DNA of 64,000 nucleotides, from positions 440,505-504,504 of the forward strand of contig NW_003314296.1 in NCBI RefSeq assembly GCF_000143415.4, read 5' to 3'. The position numbers and the translations under genes were made by a program. The notes under the pieces are model-generated. The model saw only the letters and a list, made by a program, of their open reading frames with translations, did no database searches and was not told the DNA's origin. Shown in pieces: positions 23,700-34,638 of this stretch. Numbering within the stretch: position 1 is the first letter of the stretch; each line of letters opens with the position of its first letter. This DNA is from Selaginella moellendorffii (Eukaryota; Plantae; Lycopodiophyta).

Positions 23700-24830
23700 C
23701 TAGATATCTTCATTTTTCAATTTACTTCTTGTGATCTGCAGGATCATTGTTGCATCACACTCCAGGGTCAGAATGTGTCCACCATTGTTTGCAGCTGCAA
23801 TCAAGGTATTTCCTGTTACACAAAAGATATTTAAAATGACCCCCTTCTCTGGGGTTGTGCAGCACATGAAATCACAGCTGATTTCTTACCTTTGGAGCAA
23901 GTTTTTCTCCTTGTCAAATAAAGATAAAACCTCCTCATTGCAAAAATCAAAGAAGTTATTGTTGAGATTTCACTAATCAAAGCTTGTTGTTAGAAATCTT
24001 AGTAAAATCTCATTTGATTTTGATTTTCAGCATATATACAAATTGTGAAAGCATGCCCTATGATCCTTTTATATTTCCGAGTTTCTAAAGGTGTTAAGAA
24101 AGTTACTGTAGGGATAATTTGCTTGTGGCAGCCAAAGTGTTCATAGTGGCATTGCTTTTTGATCTTTCAACATCAACTCTTCCTATCATTGTGAAGCAAA
24201 ATTCATGAGGTGCTAAATTGTTCACCCACCAATAGGGAATATGAGCTGTGCCGCAATAGTAATTTAACTTAATATAAGAGGAATTGCATTATTTTACTTA
24301 CTCTATGAGGTGAAGATGGGACCTAACCCCTTCTTCTTGTCCCAAGGGCGGGTCATGCCAGTCAATCCAGATAGATAACATTGAATTTAGATGTGCAGAT
24401 CTGTTAAAAGATAATGTAAGTGTCCTCCTTTGGGTATACTGTTGAGATCTAGCCTTTGTCATTTACCATTTTTTGAGAGAAGCTTATTGCAGTTGTTGAT
24501 GATTTCATTGTTGCATGTCTACCACCCTTCAACATGTCTCATTTTCGAAGTTGAGACGCAAGCTGCATAGCACCAAGTGAGCACCATAACTTTAGCTATG
24601 TGCTCTTTGGATCTCCTGTGATGATCTTGTAGATCTCAGTGATGCCCATGTTGTCTATCTATTGTTTCCCAGTGTAGATCAACATTATGAGGGCAGCCCC
24701 AAAGTCCTATTGCACCTCCTTTTCTTTTTTGCGGCTTCTTCTACCCCTTCTTCGAAACTGCTACAAGCACGTCCTGAATCTCCTTGCACTCTACGTCCTT
24801 CTTGATTGCATGTTTTCCATTGTGCATCAT
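23700..24830 (-). pseudogene. Relic of a beta-class (circularly permuted) N4-cytosine/N6-adenine DNA methyltransferase-like gene
   Basis: Minus strand ~23915-23700 reads KEKNLLQR*EISCDFMCCTTPEKGVILNIFCVTGNTLIAAANNGGHILTLECD. This aligns with beta-MTase motif X/I/II (HPTQKP..L...I...S.PGD.VLDPFxGSGTT..AA...GR..IG.E.D). Upstream KFNVIYLD/frameshift/GMTRPWD (24388-24339) sits where motif IV (xDPPY..WD) is expected. Candidate GT-AG introns at 24466-24401 and 24301-24246. Confidence 0.6.
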
Positions 24831-25031
24831 TGATGTTTTGTACTCATTTATTACATAGACACGACTTTCAAATTTCAAATACAAGTTTTTCATAGCTCTT
24901 TCTTGCTCCTCATTTCCATTTTATTTGCTTCAACTTTTTCTAAGTAGCTTTTTTCTTCTCACAAGTTTCTACTTGGCTCTTTTGCTTCTTCTTCTTTCCA
25001 TTCTTCTCCTTATCTCTTTTGTGCATTCTCC

Positions 25032-25550
25032 ATGGCTAATAGATTCGTTGAGCGATGTAAGAAATATCTTCTCGTGGGAGGTGAAGGGGATCAAGAACTA
25101 GCAACTGTGATCGCTCCCAAATATGTGATTACATATTGGCACGACGGACACTCAAGAGCACAAGTCGGAGAGATCTTCCATTTCAAGCAAGCACTCACTG
25201 CTGGCGATGAGGAGCAAGATAGCATTGATCTCAAAGTTAAAGCGGTCGCTCCCAAGTCCGACATCATCCTCTATAAAAGGAGGACTGGCGAGTTCCGTTA
25301 TTACCCGGAGGTGGATCTCCCAGTGTAAGGCATGGAATACGTTCTCCTCGGCTACCGGTATAATGAGGATTTGCGAGACACCAAGTGGAGGGGGCGAGAC
25401 ACCGGACATCTTTTGGGTGATTCTGGATGCGGTGGTGGGCTTTTTAGTGACTCTAGAGCTCTCATCGGCATGAACATTGGCTTAAGTGATGATGATGAGT
25501 GCTGTGTTTTCGTGTCTGGCTTTGTTCATAGGAATGCTGGGAAGCCCTAA
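25032..25550 (+). pseudogene. Trypsin-like (PA clan) serine peptidase domain with one in-frame stop
   Basis: ORFs 25032-25328 and 25332-25550 share a frame and are separated by a single TAA. Ordered triad-like motifs YVITYWH, SDIILY and GDSGCGGGLF..ALIGMNIG. Confidence 0.65.
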
Positions 25551-25983
25551 AGAATTTCAATGTATGTTGTATTTCCCTATTTTATAATATGAACCAGCTA
25601 GAAGTTCCAGGATCTTCTCTTGTCACCAATCTTTTGACTGATGCTCAGACTGTCGTGGCTGCTTTCATGGCTTGAGCAGGTCGCAGCAGAAAATGACGAC
25701 GAAACAGCCATGGATTTTGTTTCTGGTTCAACCAAAGATGGCGTGTTTAATTGTCGTGGAACTCAAGAGAGACTTGTTTTGGGGCTCCCATATAGTTGGG
25801 GAGCAAGCCTGCCCTCGCTAAACGCTCACACCACCGAGCGAGATTTGCGACAAGGAACTTGGAAAAAAGGCTGTCAGAAATTTTTCCTTGCCTTTTTAAA
25901 GTTGACGAGCAAGTTATCTTGGCTAGGGTTTGAAGGCCTTTTAAAGTTGACGAGCAAGTTATTGGTTTTGGGCGACAGCGCGA

Positions 25984-27200
25984 ATGGAGGGCGGCGTTCT
26001 CCTCAAGGTGAATCTCTTTGGCATCCCCGCTGCGCTCTACCATTCGTCCTCTCTCTTGTCCCCTAACGAGGGCCCTGTTTCTTTCTGTGTAGGATGACAT
26101 TCGACTAAACGTAGGAAGGGAGGATAATTCAGAGGAACTTCAGCAGCAAAATAGGCTAGAAGACCATGTTCGTAGGCTGGAGAACCATGTTCGACGGCTT
26201 GATGATCAGCAGAAGCTACTCTCCAGGCAGCTCGAGCAGCTGCTCCAGTCTCAAGCGCCACCTCCACAGCCTTCTTTGGAGGAGATCTTGGGAGGCTTTT
26301 CAAAGGTAAGAACTTTTGGTTTTCTCACTTGTGCATTTGTGCATTCATATGTCTCATGCTTCAAGATGGGCACCACGAGACCAAAAACAACAGATGGATA
26401 GATAGATAGACAGATAGTTAGTACCATAGATCATGACTTTTCTTTTTCTTTTGTGCAGGAAGAACCCGTCCTGAAGATCGTGGATGGGTGGTATGCTGGA
26501 TGGGAGCGCATCTGGAAAGCTGCCAAAGCTGAAGCTGTCGTCGGATTCGATCAGTATGGCCATCTAGCAGTCCATCTTGGCGGGAATGCCTGTGCGGTGG
26601 TGGCAAGAGACGGCTTGGCAGATTTTCAGAGACTTGAACTCCAGTTCCCCAGGTCCCAGCAGAAGAGTACTGTTGGCTACGTGCTTAAGGCCTATGAGAT
26701 GTGTGGCGATCCAGCAGCAGGAGCGCGAGTGCTTGTGACGGAAGACCGCATCACTCCCAGCATCACATGCGTGGATACGCTCTCTCGTGACCTTGGCGAG
26801 CACGTAGTACTCGGTTGCAACGAGGCTGGAGACTTGGAAGCTCACTGGGGACAAATGCAGTGGGTGGAGCTTCCTTCTGGCTTGAAGATTGCGGACATCT
26901 ACAAGGAAAAGTGCGCTCATCTCGGTGTCGGCAGTGGAGCAAAACTTGATGGGGGTGCTGTTTTCTCTCGTGGTGAGTGTTTCTTGTTTATGTCTTTCAA
27001 TGGTTCTTGTTTGTGTGCGAATTGTGTGGTGTTATGGCTTGTTGACAGACGGCTACTTGGGAATAGCGACGAGGAAGGATGAGACGAGCTATTGGATTTG
27101 GCAGCTATCGGGTGCAGAAGCTCCACAGGTGAATGTCAGAGTGGAGCTGTACAAGAAGAAACTCGCTAAAGCGGGGTTTATGCACGACCGGCTGGACTAA
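25984..27200 (+). CDS. Coiled-coil + degenerate trypsin-fold protein; 4 exons (25984-26007, 26093-26305, 26459-26972, 27049-27200)
   Basis: Phase-consistent GT-AG introns. Exon 2 is heptad-like (RLEDHVRRLENHVRRLDDQQKLLSRQLEQLL). The C-terminal GAKLDGGAVFSR/DGYLGIAT resembles GxSGGPVF..DG.LVGI but lacks the Ser. Confidence 0.6.
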
Positions 27201-27835
27201 AGATTTGGAGGAGCTTCGTCTCCCAGTTCTTCGTAACTTGCTGTTTTTCGAAGATTATAACTATGATCTTGGACACTGGTGAGCAGGTGCTCGTCTCGAG
27301 CTCTCTTGATTTTGAGTCACCGTGTCAGTGTTTTTTCCTTTGCTTTTGTTTCTTTTCTTCGTACCAAGAGAGCATTGCAGGGTTCGAGCTTCAAAGAGAG
27401 AAAAAAGCGAAGGACAAAAAGGAACTCGTTCCTTGAGGTGTCTAGAAATCTTCCCCTGGATTATAATTTAACACTCTTAAAAGCCCAAGTAGTAGAAGTT
27501 GTCATTCAAGTTGGTGTTGGTTCTACTGGTCTCGTCAACTTCTAAATGCTGCAGCGTCCGTCGTCCTGATGATATATACTGTCTGTTGGATCCGCCACCT
27601 TTCTTTCCACTCGGAAAGGAATGGTCAAACTTCCCACAGCTTGTTTCGATCGATCGGATTAGGAGATCCAGCTCGATCTTTGCCTGTTGCTGGGAGATAA
27701 AAGTTTGATCTCTGGGAGAGATGGAAGCCAAGAAGGTATCCATCTCCAAGAGCTCGATCATCAAACCTGCCTCGTAGAGTCTTCTGATTGATCGTCTAGA
27801 ACCGGGAGCCCTGCTCGATCTAAAACCATACACTT

Positions 27836-30800
27836 TCACCGAAACTGGTGACCCCCCTGCGATGATCCCTGCAGCATCGCTGCGTAGTTCCCCGCCTTGA
27901 TCTCCTCCAAAACCTTGAGCACCTCCCGCATCGTCGGCCGCCGGATGGGCAGCTCCGCGGTACACACCACCGCCAGCCGCAGGAACGCCAGCAGCTCCCC
28001 GGGAGCCGCCGAGCGCAGCACGATCCGGTCGCAAACCTCCGCCGCGATCCCCTTCTTCACGTGGTAAGCCGACCACTCGATCAAGTTCCCACACCCGTGA
28101 TCCTTGTTCTCGCCTCCAAACGAGATGGACATGGGCCTCCTCCCGGTGACGAGCTCGAGCAGCACCACGCCAAAGCTGTAAACGTCGCCCCGCGCGGTAG
28201 CCCTCCACGTCTGGCAGTACTCCGGCGGTACGTAGCCCAGCGTCCCGGCCACCACCGTGCTTACGTGCGTCTCTTGCGCTCCGAGAACTCTGGCCAGCCC
28301 AAAGTCCGTGAGCCGCGGCTCGAAGTTGTCGTCCAGGAGGATGTTGCTAGCTTTCATGTCGCGGTGGACGATCGGCGGCGAGCAATTGTGGTGGAGGAAC
28401 TTCAATCCTCTCGCGATCCCCAGTGCGATGTTGAGCCGGATCGGCCACTCTAGCGCTTGCGCTCCTCCGGGCTTCTCGTGGAGCCAGTCGTCCAGCGATC
28501 CCTTCTCCATGTACTTGTAGACGAGGAGCTTCTGGGTGCCATAGCTGGAGCAGCCGAGCAGCGGGACGAGGTTCTCGTGGTGCAGGTGACCCAGCGTCTC
28601 CATCTCCGCCAGGAACTCGCGATCGGCCTGGGGACCCTCCTGGATGAGCTTCTTGATCGCGACGGTGGATCCATCCGCGAGCTTGGCCTTGTAGACGATG
28701 CCGAATCCACCGCTGCCCACCACATTCGTCTCGTCGAAATTGCTCGTCGCGGAGACGAGGTCCGAGTACGTGAGGTGCTTGGGGAGCTCCACCGAGAAGA
28801 GCGATACCTGGACGCTGGCGGCGGCGGCGTGATCCGGCGCGAAGTGGCGGTGGTGCTCCTTGCCGCCCACCATGACGAAGTCCATGGCGGCGCCACCGGG
28901 CCCGGGCGGCGCCGCCTTGCCCAGGAGGCAAAACCCTAGCAGTGCGAGCACGATCAGCCCCAGCGTGCACGCCAGGCTGATCCCCACCACCGTCGCCACC
29001 GCGATCCGCGAGCTCCGCGGGAGGAATCCGCCCCCGCCGCCGCCTCCATCGCCATCGCCGCCGCCATCGCCGAGCTTCCCGCAAGATGGGAGGGAAGAAT
29101 TAGGGTTCTTCATCCCCATGACGCTGGACGAGGAGGAGCACAGCTTGAGATCGCCCTCGTAGACGCTGGGGCCGAAGGTGGAGAATTGCTGACCGCTTGG
29201 GACTGGGCCGACGAGCTCTGGATTGTAGGAGATGTTGAATCGATTGAGCTTGGAGAGGTTCTGGAGCTCGCTGGGGATCCTCCCGCTGAGATTGTTGTAG
29301 CTGAGGTCCAGGCTCACCACGCAGGAGAGCGCGCCGATCGATCGCGGCACCGATCCGGAGAGGGCGTTGCGCGAGACATTGAGCCCCGTGAGCGCGATGG
29401 AGTAGCTCTGGGGCATGGATCCAGTGAGGTTGTTTTGATCCAGGAAGAGGAGCCCCAAATGCCGGCAGCGATCCAGCGTCCCTGGGATGGGTCCTGTCAG
29501 TCGATTGCTCGCGAGCTGGATGTAGCCCATGGATTCCTCGGATGGGCGGCTGGGGCAGAGAGGATACATGAAGATCCCGCGGAGGAGCAAATTCCAGAAG
29601 CTCCGGCAGCGCTCGACCGTCATGACCGTGGAGATGAGATCGAAGGGAGGGTACTGGGAGGGGATCCAGCGCCTGACCGCTTCGCACTCGCCCATGCCCT
29701 TGGGGATGAGCGGTAGGGTTCTTGCGTTGAGCGCGAAGGTCGCATTGACGCCACTCCCGATGGAGGCGATGGATTCCGGCAGCGATCCCGACAAGCGATT
29801 GCTGGCCGCGTTGAGCCACAGGAGGCTGCTGCAATTCCCCAGCTCCGCCGGGATCTCGCCCTCCAGATCGTTGCTCGCGAGCATCAGCCACAGCAAGAAC
29901 TTGAGGTTGCCCAGCGATGGAGGGATCCTGCCCGAGATTTGGTTGTGGGAGAGATCCAGCACCTGGAGATTGAGGAGCTTGCTGCCGATCTCGCGAGGGA
30001 TCTCGCCGCTGAGCGCGTTCCCTGCCAGGAGCAAGAACTGGAGCTCGCTGGCGCCGGAGATTTCCACCGGGATCTCGCCCGTGAACAAATTGTTGCTGGC
30101 GTCGAGGTGCCGCAGCGATCGCAGCCCGCCCAGCCACGCCGGGACGGCGCCCACGAAGCGATTGGTGTAGACGCTCAGGAATTCCAGGCTCGAGAACTTG
30201 GCGATGAATCCAGGCAGTGGCCCCGAGAGAGAATTCCCACTCACCGCAAGAACCCTAATCTTGGAACACCGCTCCAGCTCCGCGGGGAGCTCCGTGAACC
30301 CGTTGTGCGTCGCGAGGAGGCGCTCCAGCGCCGATAGCCCGCCGATCTCCCGCGGCAGGGAGTGGAAACTGTTCGCCGAGACGGCGAGATTGACGAGCTT
30401 GCTGCAGTTCTCGATCTGGGCGGGGATGTCTCCAGTGAGATTGTTGAGCGCCAGATCCAGGCTCTCGAGGTTCTGGCAGCTGGAGAAGAACTCCGGCGAG
30501 ACCTCGCCCACGAATCCATTCTCGCGGAGGACGAGATTGGAGAGGAGCGGCAGCCTCGCGATCGTGTCGTCTGGGAGTGATCCTGTGAGATTGCAGCTTG
30601 AGACGTCGAGGAGCTCGATCGCGCGGCAGTTCTTGAGAGATCCCGGCAGGGGCCCGCCCAGGCCGGGATTGCTGGAGAGATTGAGCGCCTGGAGATTGGC
30701 GCACGATCTGGGCGAGAAGAACTCGTCGGGGATCCCGCCCACGAGATCGTTGTAGGCGAGATTGATGGTGGCGAGAGAGGGCAGCTCGTCCAGGAGCGAT

Positions 30801-31633
30801 GGCGGGATCGTGTCGTGGAGCTGGTTGCTGGAGAGATCGAGCTCGGCGAGGCTGGAGCAGCGGGAGAGATCGCCTGGGAGGCGGCCGGAGAAGGAATTGA
30901 GCGCGAGGGAGAGCGAGGAGAGGTAGGAGAGATTGGCGAGGCCCTCGGGGATGGATCCGGCGAGATTGTTGGAGGAGAGATCGATGGCTGTGACGTGGAC
31001 GCCCTCGGGCCCCTGGCTGCACTGGATCCCACCCCACTTGCAGGGATCGCCATCGCTAGGGTTCCAGCCATCGAGGATCGAGCTCTTCCCGGGGTTGTGC
31101 GCGACGATCGAGGCCTTGAAGGACAGCAGCGCTTGCATTTCTTGCTGGAGCGACAGTGAAGTGGCGCGGCCCACGAGAGATCGATCATCTGCTAGGTAGC
31201 AAAAGGAAAAGAATTAGCGAAGAACACATAGAACAGGGGATGCTCTGTTTTCTCTCGTGCTCTGGGGCGAAATTGGCACGCATTTTGGTGCCAATCAAGG
31301 GGGCATTTGACAGCCCACTTCGCCGCTCGCGGTGCTCTTGCCCGGGGCAGGCTCGAGCGCCGCGATTGGCGACGAATCGCCCGAGAGAAGCGAGAAGAAA
31401 GAGCAGTGTTGTGTACCTGGGCGATGATCCAAATCTCGGGTGGCGTAGGCACCGGGAACCTGGAGCAGCAGCGACGCGAGGCTGATGAGGAGCAAGAGAT
31501 TGAGCCGGGAACACACTGGCGACGCTGGAAATCCAAAGCTTCCACCGCTGCTGCTGCTACTCGCCTGTTGGTGGTGCTCGAGGATGGGGCATTTTCGTGT
31601 GCGTTCTACAGGCCCCATCTCCCTATCCTCCAT
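27836..31633 (-). CDS. LRR-X receptor-like kinase with island domain, NILR1-type ectodomain; 2 exons (31633-31417, 31188-27836)
   Basis: Exon 1 supplies the hydrophobic signal (LNLLLLISLASLLLQVPGAYA) via a phase-1 intron. Then LRRNT PCKWGGIQC, ~20 LRRs, island GECEAVRRWIPSQYPPF..CRSFWNLLLRG..C, a TM helix and an RD kinase (HRDMKASN, DFG, GTLGYVPPEY). Confidence 0.93.
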
Positions 31634-33391
31634 AGGACCGCTGTTTCCAATCTATCTCCCTCCCAATCTCCTCGCAGCCAATGTAGGTAGCTCCTCGAGC
31701 GGAAAGAAGGCACAAGAACAAACGCAGAGCCTGTCTATCAGGCAAGCTCCTGACGGAATCCCCCAAATGCACGATCGATCTTTCTCTACACCCTCGCTTT
31801 TTCCAGTCCACTAGGCCTGGGATTGATCGTTTCCTCGTGTTCTTTCTTCTTCTGGCCGAGCAAAGCTCTGAGCAAGGAGCCAAAGGAGAAAGGGAGTGAA
31901 GTGAAGAGCTCTCTCTCCAAGTAGAAGAGAAAGAAGAAGAAGAAGAAGAGGCACTTTCACAGCCTTGTTTCGTGAAGCTAGCTAGTGACGACGCGGCTCA
32001 GTGCGAGGCTGATCCCAGAAAACGACCCCCAATCCCCCCCTGTCCCCCGACATTGGGATTTGCATTTATAATCGCGATCAGCCACGCCCAGATCCTTTCC
32101 CGAAAACCCTCTTCGTCATCATCTCGTGATCTCAAGGATCATTCCTCTCTATGTCTCTCTTTCTCTCTCTCTCTTTACCTCTCTCTTTCTTTCGACTGAT
32201 TGATCCGCTAGAGCTTATTCCTTGGGTTCCAAAGGGACAATCACAAGAACACGAATTTGATCGGGGTGGCGGTGCCCTCATTCACTCCTCTCGCCGCACG
32301 GAAGATCGAGACGCAATCGATGGATCGATCCACGGCTGGGGAAAAAGAAAAGAACGCCCGAGAAGAAGGCGAGGATTGACAAGAGGAGGGGAAAAGAAGG
32401 TGGTGTAAGTTTGGAGAGACAGGCAGGAAGCACATGGCAAAGACAGAGACTTATTTGTACAGAAGTTTGTGATAGATATATAAACAAAGCGCTGGCTCTA
32501 AAAATATAAAAATAAAGGTGATAAACCCTAACTGAGAGACGCAGCCACGAGGGGCTGTGGATAACCGATGACGCAAAAGACAGAGGGTTTCAGCCGACAT
32601 GGTGCCCAAATGCCGCGACACGGCAAATTCTGTCTGGCGAGTGAAATCGGAACATTTAGACTCCTAAACCATAAACCCTAAACCTGAAAAGTAATATGCA
32701 AATGCAGGTTATCAGAGATTATGTAAGTTTTGAAACATTGCATGGATGCAAGAACGGGATTTTGCCGCATCATCTGCATTGTGGGATTATGTTTCTTCTG
32801 CAAAGTGAAACTTGCACAATATAATCACGATAACAACGAATTTAGAGATCAAAAGCTCCCTAAATATCTTTTCTTTTTCTTCTTTTCTTTTTTTTTTTTT
32901 TTGTGTGGTGAGAGCACGGGCAAAAGTTGCGTGTGTGTCCACCTTTTGAATGCGCGGAGTTGGCCTTGTCTGCTGTTGCACCTGCACACGGGCATCAACA
33001 TACGCTCTCTCACTCGCCCAGCCTGACCCCAAAAACCCAGGCTTTTGGCCAGAGCGCGGTATATTCCTCCCGCCCCCCGGAAGAATATACCCCATAAACC
33101 TCATCCCGCATAATTTATTTATTATATAAATACCACTAAAAAACTGAGAAAAAAAAATGGAGGAGAGAAGAGAGTAAGTGGGATTGGACTGGCCGCCCCA
33201 CGTCCACAAGGCCGGTCCAAATGGAACTACCGACAGCATCCACAACTCCCGAAGAACACCTGCTGGCATTGCCAAATTTCTGATCGATCCCCCACCCATC
33301 TCCATCTCTACGCTAGACATCTCGCGTACGTATTTTCATACGCGCCTCCCCAGTGACGTGAGCGGTTCACTCTTTAACTTGGGGAGAGTTT

Positions 33392-33412
33392 AAGAGAGAG
33401 AGAGAGAGAGAG
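33392..33412. repeat. (GA)n microsatellite
   Basis: agagagagagagagagagag run. Other simple repeats: (GATA)n ~26392-26417, (GAA)n ~31924-31948, poly-T ~32870-32902. Confidence 0.85.
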
Positions 33413-34638
33413 GCATTCACTCTCCATGCACTTTTGGGTTTTTACCCTCCTTGATCCGAGTACACGTAGATATCTGGGCTAGCCTGTAGCCTTGTACCGC
33501 ATCTGCTGGTAAAAAGTCCACTATTTTACTGTTTACTTTTTGTCCCTGTGATTGATTGAGCCGTGTTGTGTGTGGGGAGGAAGAAATCATATATAATGAG
33601 CCGGGACGCTCTCCTATGCATCTGAAAATCTTGCTGGAAAAGAAAGAGACACTTAAAATCAGCGATCACATGATCTTTGTAAAAGTAGCAATTTTTTTGC
33701 CAGTATCGTTGTTTGATCGCGAGGACGTCTTGTTTAATCGCGAGGGCGCAAACTATGCAAGGCGCACATTCAATGCCCAAGGAAAGATGTTGAGAGATTC
33801 CAAGACTTTCATCGCTGCCGATGACTTGGACGCATGGAGCTCTATAATCTACGCATCCTTTCGTTGCCCCGCAGCTCTGGAGATCGTTAACAACACGTTA
33901 GCGTGTCCACTGCATGGGGTCTTGTTAATATTCCCGCCCTCCAACATTGTCAAGAGCATGTCTTGATTAAATTTATCGCGATTAGTATAGTAGTGCTTCT
34001 TAGTGCGACCTTAAAAGATCTAAAACAATGTATATATATTAGTATAGCAATACATTCACAAGCTCGAGAATCTTGGACTAGTCAAGATGGCATATATTTG
34101 TTTTGTCTATCGCATCCGGTGCTACACTTCTCAAATGAATGGCTTGATCGAATCGGTAAATTGGATAGATTATAGTAAAACTTGCACGTTACAACACATG
34201 GGGTTCGCTCGCTCGCGATCAATCCATTCATTTCAAAAGAGAAAGATTATCGGCGGACCAAGCGGCCGGGTGGCCCACGTGTGCGACAAAGCTTTACAAA
34301 TTAGGTCAAGTTAGGTCATAAATCCCAATGCCAGCCACCAACAGCCCATGTACGTGCGCTGGGCACACGTGTGCGTGACCCCAAAATCCCTTTCCCGGGC
34401 ATTTTGACAAATCAAGCCAACTAATTCTATTCTTCTCCAAGGAATTGGATCGTTGTTGGGATTGGACTGATTGATCTAAGTTTTTCCTTGCTTGGTTTCA
34501 TTGTTTACTTCCTTCGGTGTTGAAGGAAGACAAAGAGTTCTTGCTTTCTTCCAACTGTATGAAAATGATCTCCCTCCCAACTTGACCATTTTTAAACGCC
34601 GCCCAGCGAGGATTGAACCGCCGACTGGTTGAGACGTC

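Noticed and set aside
27477-31199. Many long alternative-frame and antisense ORFs over the LRR-RLK (likewise over the PPR genes, e.g. 42072-43190 and 50538-51914)
   Set aside because: Expected shadows of high-GC3 coding sequence. Arg/Pro/Gly-rich with no domain signature.
33058-33091. Hairpin ggtatattc...gaatatacc, considered as a Helitron 3' end
   Set aside because: No correctly spaced CTRR terminus and no other Helitron evidence.
33556-33966. 136-aa ORF with faint PPR-like words (DLDAWSSII)
   Set aside because: Non-ATG start in the track, no repeat periodicity, no supportable product.
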